Virus record (IMG/VR): IMGVR_UViG_3300028920_000029
Span: 64,001-128,000 of that record
Reading direction: 5' to 3' (one strand)
DNA length: 64,000 nt
Source: a virus
Shown here in pieces: positions 1-10,800 of the stretch (positions are counted from its first letter, which is position 1; the number at the start of each line of letters is the position of its first letter). Below the pieces are notes generated by a model, which saw nothing but the letters and a program-made list of their open reading frames with translations, did not search any database and had not been told where the DNA came from. The position numbers and the translations under genes were made by a program.

Positions 1-26
1 CTGCTTTAGATTCTAAAGCTCCGTTA

Positions 27-1355
27 TTGTGGCTCGATAGAACTAATAGGCCCAAGTTATCTTTGGCTTATATGCTTCCAGTTCTTCAGACCATTAAGTT
101 AAAGGGTAAGAAACAAGATATGGGTATGGCTCTCATGTTAGCTACTCAGATGATATCCGAGGAGTTACTTCGTCAGGACGAGAGTGAACAGGAGAACCTA
201 ATAGAAAAGTGGAACCAAGAGATTACAGATAAGCTATCAGCTATGCAGCAAGAAGAGGAGTTAGACGAAACTGATATAACTAACAAGAAGAATAGGGCGA
301 TACAGAGTTGGGTAAACGATAGGCTGTCATCTCTTGGAGAATACTCAAAGAACTCAACAGCTATAATACAGGCATGGAATAAAAATCCAGGCCAGACTGA
401 GCAAAGGTTTAGGACTGCGATAGCTATGGCTAAGAATATTCTAGCAGTTAAAAAGACTAAGAGTGTTGGGGCTGATGTAATACCTACTAAGTACACAAAG
501 GATATTGGTACTAGTGATGAGCAGCAGATGGACATACCAGATAAAGGTACCATGGGACAGGCTATGGAAGACGCTGAATCTAAATATATAGAAGAGCTGG
601 AATCTAAAGAGCAGTCTTTATATCTGCCAGCTATAATACATAGTACGGTATTAGGTATGAAACAAGTAGTCGGTCCTATAGTTGAGAAGAGATTAAAGGA
701 AGTAGCGATCACTACTATAGAGAGCCCGCTACGAAAGTCCATAGAAAATAGCGTAAGAGAGATAGGAAAGTTTAAAGATAAAGAGGAGGGTGTAGGAAGA
801 ACGGAAGAAGTATTTACTATGCAAAGACCTCACGAAGAATCTGTTGAGGTTCTTTCACAAGGCATAGTACAAGGAGTTATTACTGCGCTTAAAAACTCTA
901 CACAGTATATAGATGATGTTGCGCAGAGTATGGATAGCTCATCAGAATCTCCGTTCGTAAGCTTTGGAGGTAAGGTAGTTAGAAGTATAGTCGAGCATCT
1001 TAAAGGTGAAGACGTATCTCCAAAAGCTATACCTAATATAATGAACATTTTAAACGACGTATTGTTAGCTCCCATAATTAAAGAGATGAGTAAGAAAGTA
1101 TTGTTATCAAGTGAGTACGCCATAGACTTAGCTAATGGAACTTTACAGGCGTTAAGAGACGAAGAGGGAGAAGCTTTACGCCAGATAATGAACTCAGGAG
1201 ATCCAGAGACAAAGAAAGCTTTGGGATCCAAATTGTCAAAGAAGATAGTGACAGCCTTATCAAGTGCTTTAACTACAGTGCTAAAGGAGAATCCACCAAA
1301 ACAATTGCTTGTGAAATTAAACGACGCCATACTACGAGTACTATTAAGCGATTAA
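27..1355 (+). CDS. Hypothetical helical virion-associated protein (probably 5'-truncated by the window)
   Basis: The long ORF runs to the window edge and lies directly upstream of the sheath gene; no motif recognised. Confidence 0.55.
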   Translation: MWLDRTNRPKLSLAYMLPVLQTIKLKGKKQDMGMALMLATQMISEELLRQDESEQENLIEKWNQEITDKLSAMQQEEELDETDITNKKNRAIQSWVNDRLSSLGEYSKNSTAIIQAWNKNPGQTEQRFRTAIAMAKNILAVKKTKSVGADVIPTKYTKDIGTSDEQQMDIPDKGTMGQAMEDAESKYIEELESKEQSLYLPAIIHSTVLGMKQVVGPIVEKRLKEVAITTIESPLRKSIENSVREIGKFKDKEEGVGRTEEVFTMQRPHEESVEVLSQGIVQGVITALKNSTQYIDDVAQSMDSSSESPFVSFGGKVVRSIVEHLKGEDVSPKAIPNIMNILNDVLLAPIIKEMSKKVLLSSEYAIDLANGTLQALRDEEGEALRQIMNSGDPETKKALGSKLSKKIVTALSSALTTVLKENPPKQLLVKLNDAILRVLLSD

Positions 1356-1383
1356 AAATATTTTACCAAGGAGGTAAATACAT

Positions 1384-3180
1384 ATGGCTTATAAGTCACC
1401 AGGTATTTCGGTAACCAGCGAGTTTCAAAACATCGTTAATCCGAGTGTTGGAGGCGATTTAACATTAGGTATATTAGCTGGTGTTGATGTAACTAATGTA
1501 AATCTTAATCCAACCGCTACAGTGGAGTTCAGACGTGAAGGTCTTGAAGCTGACGCTAACGTAGACATCGGATGGTTCACTCGTGGAGACGAGTGGCTTG
1601 CTCAGGTTACTGATGCTAACAGGATAATATCCATGACTCAGAGTAGCACAACCTATAACACAGCTATTATAGGTACGGACGCTACAGGCGTTGAGGTTAT
1701 TACTATGACCAAAGACGCAACAGCAGACTCTACTGGAGCTGCTTCAAGTATTACGCCAGATGCTGACGGAGTAAAAGCGGTTTACTATTACAACATAGAG
1801 ACTGGATCTTTTACTTACTACACTCCTGACACAGACTTTACTTACTCTGTAGCGGGTACAACAGTAACTATATCGTGGGTTGATGGTGGTTCAGCGCCAG
1901 CTACTGATGCTACGTTCTACGTACTAGCAGAAGAAGTGTCTGCTGTGAACTCAGATACCGACGCTATACTCAGCATAATAAAGAGCCCTAGTAATTCAAC
2001 AGCTACTACTGGAGAAACCTATGTAGGTATAATGGTGTACTGGTTAGCTGGAGCAACAAACACTCCAGACGACAGCTCAGTCTACTACGCTAGCGTAAGG
2101 AAAGAGTTTACCAGCGCGCTTAACACCTACACAAGTTCATCAGAAGTACAGAAGGCTTTTGGTCCATTAGCAGATCCTACAGACCTTTCTGTAACTAATC
2201 CAGTTGCAGTAGCAGGACATCTTGCATTTGCTGAAGGATCAACAAGCATAATGATTGCTCCTTACAATCTTAACTCAGAATTAGCTTCAGCTACAACAGC
2301 TCTTGAAGCTCTAGCTGCTACAGATGAAGTTAACATTGTGGCCTCAACTTCAACAGATGAAGCTACAGGTACAGGAACAGTTAACGGTCTTCTGGTATCT
2401 CACGTTGAGAGTGCCAGCGGTCAGGTTTCAAAGAAGTACAGGATTGGTATTATCAATCCTTATCACGAAAACTTAGATACAGATTTATCAACAACAACAT
2501 TTGCAGAAGCATTAGCGGACTATGACACAATAACTGCTGCAATAGATTCAGAAAGGATGCTAGTAGTAGGTCCTCCGAAAGCAAAGATTAACCTGCCAGT
2601 ACCTCCAGACGGTGCGTCCAGAACGTACACATTTGGAGCTACAACAGCTAACGGTAACTACCTTGGAGTTATAGCAGGTGCTATGATGACAAGGGCTGGA
2701 GCAGATGTTGCAACCTCACTTCTAAGGAAAAGAACAAAGTCAGTTGCTAGTCTTTTACCTAAGTGGGATGACGTTAAGCTAGATAAGATAGCGTCAAAGG
2801 CAGTAACATTGTTTGCAAAGGTTAATGGACAGTGGGTAGTTCGTGATGATATCACTACTAGCAGGTCTAACTTGCTGATGAAATCAGAACCTACGATCAC
2901 TATGATTGCAGATAACATTGCCACGGCTTCTGAGTTAGTTCTTGAAAGAGGACTGATAGGAGGCAAGCTTAAGACTCCTGGAGTTTTAAATGTTATTAGA
3001 GATAGGCTTGGCGGAATGCTGACGAAGAAAGTTCAGGATGGTATCATTAGTAAGTACGGTACCCCTCAACTTGAAGTAGACTCAACAGACCCAAGAATGA
3101 TAAACGTTACTATTCCTATACAGCCGATGTTTACACTTAAGTATATCGATATTACTTTTAGCTACGTAGCTAAGCTGTAA
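1384..3180 (+). CDS. Contractile tail sheath protein
   Basis: N-terminal YKSPGISV, internal VQKAFG and C-terminal DPRMINVTIPIQPMFTLKYIDITF are typical sheath motifs; AAGGAGG RBS. Confidence 0.92.
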   Translation: MAYKSPGISVTSEFQNIVNPSVGGDLTLGILAGVDVTNVNLNPTATVEFRREGLEADANVDIGWFTRGDEWLAQVTDANRIISMTQSSTTYNTAIIGTDATGVEVITMTKDATADSTGAASSITPDADGVKAVYYYNIETGSFTYYTPDTDFTYSVAGTTVTISWVDGGSAPATDATFYVLAEEVSAVNSDTDAILSIIKSPSNSTATTGETYVGIMVYWLAGATNTPDDSSVYYASVRKEFTSALNTYTSSSEVQKAFGPLADPTDLSVTNPVAVAGHLAFAEGSTSIMIAPYNLNSELASATTALEALAATDEVNIVASTSTDEATGTGTVNGLLVSHVESASGQVSKKYRIGIINPYHENLDTDLSTTTFAEALADYDTITAAIDSERMLVVGPPKAKINLPVPPDGASRTYTFGATTANGNYLGVIAGAMMTRAGADVATSLLRKRTKSVASLLPKWDDVKLDKIASKAVTLFAKVNGQWVVRDDITTSRSNLLMKSEPTITMIADNIATASELVLERGLIGGKLKTPGVLNVIRDRLGGMLTKKVQDGIISKYGTPQLEVDSTDPRMINVTIPIQPMFTLKYIDITFSYVAKL

Positions 3181-3202
3181 GGTAGCTGAGGAGGAAAAGG
3201 CC

Positions 3203-3862
3203 ATGGGATACTTAACTAAAGTGTCTGTTAGTATTATAGATGGAACCATTGAGCCTTACGATATCGGTTTATCTAAACAAGCATCAGCTGGGAATTTTCA
3301 TGATACCGTTAGGATGTACATAGTTGCAGCGTCTGAGATTAATTACTCCGAAGAGTACTTTAAAAAGCTTGAAGAGGATTTAAAGCTTAGGCCTACGACT
3401 ATGTATCCTATGGTACAGAAAATTTATGACACGAAGAAAGACATTTTTTCCGACGCCGTGAGAGCAAGGTTTGAAGATCTGTTAAATAGGTATTCAACAT
3501 ATACTGACATAGATTCACCTATTCAGCAACAGTTGCGTAACCTAGTAGCGCTGACTACTAATAGTCTTCTTCGTAAATTCTCAACAGATGTAAAAGAGTT
3601 ATCACCTGAAGGATTAGAAGAAAAGCTTTCAACCCTCTACGACGTTCTTCAGGTTGCGCCAGATAATTGGGAAGCCCTATCGAACATATTCGCTGACGAG
3701 GATGTAGTAAGAGACTTACAGAATACGCTAAACATAGACGCGTTTCACTTTTTTAGCTACGTTAAGAAAGCTATATCATCTGCGTTAGCTAAAAAAACCT
3801 GGCCGAATTTAGAACTCGGTTCTTTAATAAATGAGAATACAGTTAATATAGGAGGTAACTAA
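3203..3862 (+). CDS. Hypothetical protein between sheath and tube
   Basis: ORF with GAGGAGG RBS, tightly packed in the operon. Confidence 0.6.
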   Translation: MGYLTKVSVSIIDGTIEPYDIGLSKQASAGNFHDTVRMYIVAASEINYSEEYFKKLEEDLKLRPTTMYPMVQKIYDTKKDIFSDAVRARFEDLLNRYSTYTDIDSPIQQQLRNLVALTTNSLLRKFSTDVKELSPEGLEEKLSTLYDVLQVAPDNWEALSNIFADEDVVRDLQNTLNIDAFHFFSYVKKAISSALAKKTWPNLELGSLINENTVNIGGN

Positions 3863-3864
3863 AC

Positions 3865-4422
3865 ATGCCTAGAAACTTACTTGGCCCTAGTGCGCCTAAT
3901 GTCAGAACTCAAACTACGTTTGGGTTACAAATAGTCATGATTGATGACGACAACAACGCGGTGCAGATAGGTACGGCAAAAGAAATAACACCAGTACACA
4001 CACGTAGTAACACCCCAGTAGGTGGTGTGGGTATTGGAGATAGAAGGATGGAGATCGTTCAAGGTCTCACATCTTATACTGTAGCCCTAAAGAAGTTTTC
4101 TTTATGGGGTAAAAGAATCCAGCAGGTATGTGGGTTTGATTCAGAGGTTAGAATGCTTGCAGAAATGCAGACACCATTTGATATCTATACATACCACTTA
4201 AACCCAGCTGGTACTACAGAGAAAGGACTTTTCATTAACGATGGAGAGGTAGCCGATTCTAACATAATAACTACAATCTACAGAGATTGTGTTATTAACA
4301 ACTGGAATAGGTCACAGGTTTATGCAGAGGATGTTACAATAGTTGACGAAGTAGACGTCGATGTAACAAGGATAGAGGGACCGCCTCCAGGAAACCTTCC
4401 GTTGCTTAACGAGATATTTTAA
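3865..4422 (+). CDS. Tail tube protein
   Basis: 185 aa, beta-rich, after the sheath; motifs GIGDRRMEIVQG, LAEMQTPFDI and TIYRDCVINNW resemble myovirus tube proteins. Confidence 0.8.
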   Translation: MPRNLLGPSAPNVRTQTTFGLQIVMIDDDNNAVQIGTAKEITPVHTRSNTPVGGVGIGDRRMEIVQGLTSYTVALKKFSLWGKRIQQVCGFDSEVRMLAEMQTPFDIYTYHLNPAGTTEKGLFINDGEVADSNIITTIYRDCVINNWNRSQVYAEDVTIVDEVDVDVTRIEGPPPGNLPLLNEIF

Positions 4423-4447
4423 TTAACACCTTGAAGGAGGTGCGCAA

Positions 4448-4849
4448 ATGAGCGCTATGCAAGAACTAAAAGACTTAGTGTTTAAAGGATTTTTGGAAAG
4501 AGAAGTTACGTTTGGTAAGATGAAGGTAACCTTACGTACCCTTACTATTGTTGAGGAGGGTGCAGTTCTTAGAGAAGCGGGACTAGATAACCCACCAACA
4601 AGTGCTGAGGAGAACTTAAGGTATACTGTTGTTCTTTTGCCAGCGGTTATTAGTAAACTCAATGATGAGGATACTACTTCTCCTGATAAGAAGGAACAGT
4701 TAAAGAAGATATTTTCCAGCGGTTACAATGCCGACATGATATCCTTCTTATTTCAGGAGTGGATTAAGCTGGAAGATGACAGAAAGAAAGCGAGTGATGA
4801 GTTAAAAAACTCGCAAGCGACCCCGAATCAAGAGCCCTCTGGGCAGTAA
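4448..4849 (+). CDS. Tail assembly chaperone (gpG-like)
   Basis: Lies between tube and tape measure; VTLRTLT motif; slippery heptamer near the 3' end. Confidence 0.8.
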   Translation: MSAMQELKDLVFKGFLEREVTFGKMKVTLRTLTIVEEGAVLREAGLDNPPTSAEENLRYTVVLLPAVISKLNDEDTTSPDKKEQLKKIFSSGYNADMISFLFQEWIKLEDDRKKASDELKNSQATPNQEPSGQ

Positions 4850-5211
4850 TCAAAGCTGCGTCGGGAGTCGTTAGCGAGCAACGCTTTAGCGGCTTTGACA
4901 GAACCCCCAGTTGGGAACAGGTTCTGTGGACAAATCTTAACTTAATAGCTGATGAACAAGGAGTAGAGGTACTCCAGCAGGAGAACATAGCAGATACTCC
5001 AGACTTCTATATCTATGAGTTAAGTAAGATGATGCCTAAGGAAGAGGTAGCAAAGAAGTTTTTTGGTACTACAAAGGAAGATATAGATAGGATAGTTGAT
5101 AGGCATATGCAAGCCAAGCTACGGCTAAAGCATAAGGTTGAAGAGTCGGAAGCGGCTACGAAGAAACATAACAAAAACCCGACTAACGCTGACGGACTGG
5201 AGATAGTTTAA
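4448..5211 (+). CDS. Tail assembly chaperone G-T fusion via -1 programmed frameshift (~254 aa)
   Basis: A-AAA-AAC at 4804-4810 is in frame. The -1 frame is open from 4810 to the stop at 5211 and includes ORF 5029..5211. Confidence 0.85.
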
Positions 5212-6863
5212 TGGCGGATATAGATAAATTAAGAAGAGAGATATCGTCTATACGATCAGAGTTTAGAGAGATACTTACGATGATGAAGAGTGGTCAGGTT
5301 AGCGACCAGTTAGAACTTATTGGTGGCAAGCTTGACCACTTAGCTCAAAGTACTAAGCGCCTTAATGAGCTATCTAAAGAGACTGGTAAGATTGGTAAGG
5401 AAGCCAGTGACCTAAAAAAAGAGATAGCTAAAGAGGAACTTGATGTACAAAGAGCTATAGAGGAGGCATATAAATCTCAGACTAAAGAATTAGGTAAAAC
5501 AGTAATAGAGGCTAGGCACAGGGCTAGGATAGACAAAGAGCGAGCTGCGTTAGATGCTAAGGTACTTCAGAACAGGGGTAAGTATAGTAAAGAGGAAGTA
5601 GCTGGAGCAGAAGCTGGAACTCTAAAGCGTGGTAAAGAGTTAGGTAGTGCGATTACTGACGCCCTGAAGGATATAGGTTCCGCAGCAGGAGGAGGCACTA
5701 AGGGTGCTGCCTCCCTGTTAGGCGCTGGTTCTGCGGATATGATGTCTAAAGGTATAAGGACATTTAGTGCGGCACTAAAAGGTGTTGGAGGAGCTCTTGG
5801 AGCTACCACTGGAGTATTAGGTATACTAGGGGCTGTGACTTTACACGCCCTTAAAAAGAATGCGGAGTTAATGGCTGACAGGTTAAACGATGGTGCACTG
5901 GCTGTTAGGGCTATGGGTACCAAGGATATGATTAACGTAGGTCAGAATTATCAGAAGTGGGTATACTCGGCAGCACTACAACATGCTGCAGAAGTTGATG
6001 CTATAAAGGCTGTAGTTAATACTTTAGGTTCAAAGTATAAGTTTAATCTAGAAGACTTTATGAAGTCGAATGATGAACTAGGGTTTACCTTTGCAAACGT
6101 TAGGAGAACTGCGGCTGGTTTAGGTATGAAAGAAGAGGATGTCGCAGGTGTTCTTGACACTTTAGTAAATACATACAGGACTAATATATCAAGTGCGAAG
6201 GCACAGCAGCAAGCAGCTAAAGCTCTTAATACCATAACGGCGTATGCTATTAGGGCAGACAAAGAAGGCATAATGTCCAGGGGTCAGTTTACTAAACAGG
6301 TACAGGATGCCATACAGTCTACCAATCAGTACCATGTGAGCGCCAGTGGTGTAGCTAACTTAATGGATTCTTTTGCGAGGATTACAGGACGAAGCAGGGT
6401 AGCTCAGGATCAATTAGCTAACATGACATCTCAGGCTGTATCTGGTATGCGTGGTATGAATGACTCTTTGGCTCTTTTGGCTATGCCTGATAAAGGACTT
6501 GGTGCTTTATGGGAGTTCCCAACCTTAGATCCAGATGAGATGCAGCGAAGAGTTACTGGTATGTTTGGCGGTATGATGAAGATGACAGACGCTATGTCTT
6601 CGTCTGAGAAGGGATTGAAGTTATTGGTTAGCAGTGGTATAACAGGACTTAACAGAGATATATCCAGAAGGTTATTTATGGCAAGTGGAAGAGGAATAGG
6701 TGCTCAAGATGAGCGTACAGCTTTAGAAGAAACCAGAGCAGGTGTAGATGCTATGAAGGATCTGTACGGTATAACTGGTAAGATACTAAAATCTGTTGAA
6801 AGTATGAAGAAGTCTATAGATGTAGGGTTATCTAATGTAGTACAAAAAGTAGGTAATTGGTAA
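5211..6863 (+). CDS. Tape measure protein
   Basis: Follows the chaperone; helical, A/G-rich, with a coiled-coil N-terminus and a hydrophobic GALGATTGVLGILGAV stretch. Confidence 0.8.
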   Translation: MADIDKLRREISSIRSEFREILTMMKSGQVSDQLELIGGKLDHLAQSTKRLNELSKETGKIGKEASDLKKEIAKEELDVQRAIEEAYKSQTKELGKTVIEARHRARIDKERAALDAKVLQNRGKYSKEEVAGAEAGTLKRGKELGSAITDALKDIGSAAGGGTKGAASLLGAGSADMMSKGIRTFSAALKGVGGALGATTGVLGILGAVTLHALKKNAELMADRLNDGALAVRAMGTKDMINVGQNYQKWVYSAALQHAAEVDAIKAVVNTLGSKYKFNLEDFMKSNDELGFTFANVRRTAAGLGMKEEDVAGVLDTLVNTYRTNISSAKAQQQAAKALNTITAYAIRADKEGIMSRGQFTKQVQDAIQSTNQYHVSASGVANLMDSFARITGRSRVAQDQLANMTSQAVSGMRGMNDSLALLAMPDKGLGALWEFPTLDPDEMQRRVTGMFGGMMKMTDAMSSSEKGLKLLVSSGITGLNRDISRRLFMASGRGIGAQDERTALEETRAGVDAMKDLYGITGKILKSVESMKKSIDVGLSNVVQKVGNW

Positions 6864-6875
6864 GGAGATGGCATA

Positions 6876-7826
6876 ATGGGAAACAATAATATAAATGCGG
6901 CAACTAAGTTTGGGTCAGATTTAGTTCCTACAGCGATGAACTCAGTGGCTGGGGTTACTCCAATAGCCAGTTCTATTATAGAAAACAACACTCACCAAGC
7001 GTTGTGGGAGAAGGCCAGGTTTAGTCAGGAGGCCATACTTCAGCACGCTATAGCTACCGCAGATATTACAGTTGAACATACAACTGAAGAGATTCTAGGC
7101 AAGTTTGACTTGCCTGTGCATTCAAGGTTAATTATGTTTAGGGCTAAAGATATGTCATTTGCCGATACAATATTTCCGTTTATAGTACTGCCAGTTAACC
7201 CAGATATGCTTAGGGTTGCTTACAAGAAACGTTCTGATATAGCTTATACTATAGGAGGATTTGTTGTACAGCACTGGCATGATGACGTTATAACTATAAC
7301 GGCTAGTGGATACTTCCCAACCTTTAGGAATAAAGCTAAGGTATTAACGTCAAGCTTTAGGGCGTTCATGTCTTTACTTAACTTATATAGAAGTATTGGA
7401 GGTACCAGTAACGTACCAGTTACGTTCCCGTCATCTCCGTCACTGCTGGATGACAAACTTAAAAAGCTAAAACCATCTACATCTGGGGAGGGTAAGGTTC
7501 CTACTGACCAGTACCCAGCTGTAGGTAACGGCCAGACTACAGTTACAAAAACTGATGGTAAAGAAACTGAAACGCAGTTAGTTACCAGAGCTACAGTTCA
7601 TAGCATACAGAATAGTATAGCAGAGCTACGATATCAATCAGATGTTTACAGGGGTATATTCACAGACTTCTCAATAGATGAGATGTATGAGCAGCCAAAC
7701 ACAATGAAGTATTCTTTTACGTTTAAAGCTATGGAAAAGATAGATGTGTTCTTTGGTAGCTTAGATGACAATACTTCTAATTACACAATGGGACCTAATA
7801 AAATACAGGGTCTTGACATAGGATAA
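6876..7826 (+). CDS. Baseplate tail-tube initiator-like protein
   Basis: Position after the tape measure; motifs LPVNPD..GGFVVQHW..ITITASG and YRGIFTDFSIDE..MKYSFTF. Confidence 0.65.
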   Translation: MGNNNINAATKFGSDLVPTAMNSVAGVTPIASSIIENNTHQALWEKARFSQEAILQHAIATADITVEHTTEEILGKFDLPVHSRLIMFRAKDMSFADTIFPFIVLPVNPDMLRVAYKKRSDIAYTIGGFVVQHWHDDVITITASGYFPTFRNKAKVLTSSFRAFMSLLNLYRSIGGTSNVPVTFPSSPSLLDDKLKKLKPSTSGEGKVPTDQYPAVGNGQTTVTKTDGKETETQLVTRATVHSIQNSIAELRYQSDVYRGIFTDFSIDEMYEQPNTMKYSFTFKAMEKIDVFFGSLDDNTSNYTMGPNKIQGLDIG

Positions 7827-7830
7827 TTAA

Positions 7831-10800
7831 ATGGCAACAAACTATATAGTTCAAAGCCCAAGAGTACTGCTGTTTAAGAACGGAAACAGAGTCGACATAG
7901 GATTAAGTAACAAGGACGCAACCGATAAGAATAGTTTCTTAGATAATATAAAACTGGAGTTAGATGAACATAGCTCTGGTAGATTAGAAAACTTTAACAT
8001 AAATGCCAATCTTGATACCGAACCAAATACTATGACACTAACCATAGCTATACCAATCCCAGAAGGAATTTATAGTGAAGGGTCTAATAGCTTTGCAGAT
8101 TCAAGATTTGTTGACTTTAAATCTCCTAACGTTTCGTGGAAACCTATGGATCATATAGAGCTATATGTTTCTGTATCTCCTGAGGTTGAGGAATTCTATA
8201 GGTTATTTGCTGGAGTAGTTACTGAAGTAAAGACAGACTTTAAAGGCTATGAGATGATGATAAGTTTATCATGCAAAGATATGTTCTATTGGTTAAGTAA
8301 GGCAAGAATAAACCCCAGGTGGTCAGCTACCGAAGCAGTGTTACGTGCTGGTAAAGTTGATAGCGACCAGCTTAAGAACATAGCATACAATACAAAATAT
8401 GTTGGGTACAGCTTTAAACAAATTATAGAAGCTATACTTTACAACGCTGCTAAAGATGGTAAGGTGGAAGACGAAACACAGTTTGTTGCGTTAGGTGAGA
8501 TAGATTTTGCTTCATGGATGCAACTAGCAGGAAGAGAAAGTCTTATAGGTGACGTCATAAAGGACGACCTGCTCGATCAGCAAGAGTATTATAGGCGTGC
8601 AGAGAAAAAGTATTTAGAAGAAGCCAGAAAGAATAATGTAAAGATAAGACCTGTAGATGATAGACGAATAAAAATTGACAGGCAGGGTATATCTAAGGTT
8701 GTCCACCAGGGTAAGGAGGCAGTATTTAGGGGTGCCATAAGTAAGGCGCAGGTACTTCAGGCTGCGGCCAGCAACCAAATTAACAGAAGGTTTGTGGCAC
8801 AGTATTGGGATACTCAATTTTTAGAATTCATAAGAAAGAACTACGTGAGTTATGGTAGAGAGTATGACTGGCTTACTCTTCCATTTCCGTTTAGTAATGG
8901 GGGAAACATTAACTTTATTGAAGGTACGTACTCTACAAGGTTAGAGCTTTTAAAAGAACTTACTACACTAACTATGTTTGAGATATATCAGAGTACCCAG
9001 GGATGGGTGTTCGTTAAACCTCCTATGTATAACATGCCGCCGTTAACAACTATAGATGCGGTTGAGTTAGAATCAACTGACAGATCGCTAGATATTAATA
9101 ATGTACTGACTTCAGTGTCCACTGAAGGAGCATTAGTAGCAGGTACTGGTGATGACGGAGTAGATACTCTTAGCGCACAAATGAAGGCTGTTCAGGTAGA
9201 AACAAACTTTCCGTTTATTCAGGGTACATACACGTGCCTATTCCCTAAAAACTTTGACGCTTCTTTAACTGGGGCACAGCAAAAGAACGTTAAGGATATA
9301 GATAGGTTTTCATGGGGAGCAAACATAGACAGCTTGAGTCCCAATAAAGGTGACGGAACTGATGGTGTTGTACAGCTGAATGCTTTTGAAACGTTCGTAC
9401 GCGAGCTAAAGAGATTAGGTAAAGGTAACGACAAAGATAAAACTGTATCAGAGTTAAGTGAAATATCTACAAACATTAAAGGTCAAGTTAGTTTAGTAGA
9501 CGTAAAGACTACAATCTCAACAGGTAAGGAAACTTCTTCTGGCTCAGAAAAGGAAGAGTATCTTATGTCTAAAGGATCACAACAGGTAGACTTTGCTAAA
9601 GTGGCGCAACTCCTAACGTTTGAATTGCTACGAAAGAATCTAACCAGGGATGTGTTAAATAGAGTATTAACTAACGAAGACACATACCTTATATTTTTTC
9701 AAGACTTAAGAGCCGCCGCAACGTCTTTTCTTAATAACGCCACTATGTCTGTTAGCGGTGACTTAGGTACCCATAATTCTAAACTATACGCCAGGAATGT
9801 ACTATCCTATATTACAGATCTTCAGTCAAGGTATGTAAACTTTATACAGGCTGCGGCTGCAGAACAAAACCTAGGAAAGGTAGTTGAGCAGGATATCTTA
9901 AATGGGTCTGGAAACTTTAAAGGTTTGTATGATCGTATGGCAGATATATTTTCTGGCTCCGTAGATACAACTGGAAGTATACTGTATGACCCAACTAATA
10001 TATCATTGTCAGGCGCACTAAGTACTACGGAGAGAAACACGTTACTGGATGATCCTGAAGGTAAGGACTTTTCTATTTATAAGTTTATTGCTGAAGCCAC
10101 GGGAAGTTTTTATAGTCGTAGATCTTTATTACGTGACAAGGACGGAAACCTAGTAAAGACTATAAATTATAAGCAACTTAAGTCTGAATTACAGAAAAGG
10201 AAATTGGCCGCTAATACAATTCCTATTGATAACAAGCCAAGTATTGTTGCGTCGGCTACGTGTACGTACAAACTGGATGATAGATTGAAGACAGTAGGAG
10301 ACTACAATGTTATGCAGCACGGGTTTAACAGCACCAAGATAACTAATAGAATGATAAGGACGCAGGAACAAACTACTGCGTTTGCTAAATATTTTATGTA
10401 TATAAATAACGCGTCCCTAGAAAAAACCAAGATGGTATTGAAAACATTAAGACCTGATGTAGTTTTAGGGTTTCCAATACTAAATAACTTGGACATGAAT
10501 GTTTATTATGTTAATGATATAAATTTCTCATTAACCGCTGGCAATGATTTTACCACAAACATTACAGGTATTGCCAGGCGCAGACCAGTATGGATAAACT
10601 CAGATGTTCCAGAGGGAAATCAAATATTTAACAACCCAGAATTAAAAGCTAAGGCGTTAATAAACCCTAAAGGTAACCCAGAATATTCTGATATACTTAA
10701 GTATGAATCAGAAGTAGCGGCTGAAATATCTGGTACTAATAAGAGTTCTGGAAAGTATAAACTATTGGGTTGGGAATACTACGGCCCAGACGAGTCAGAT

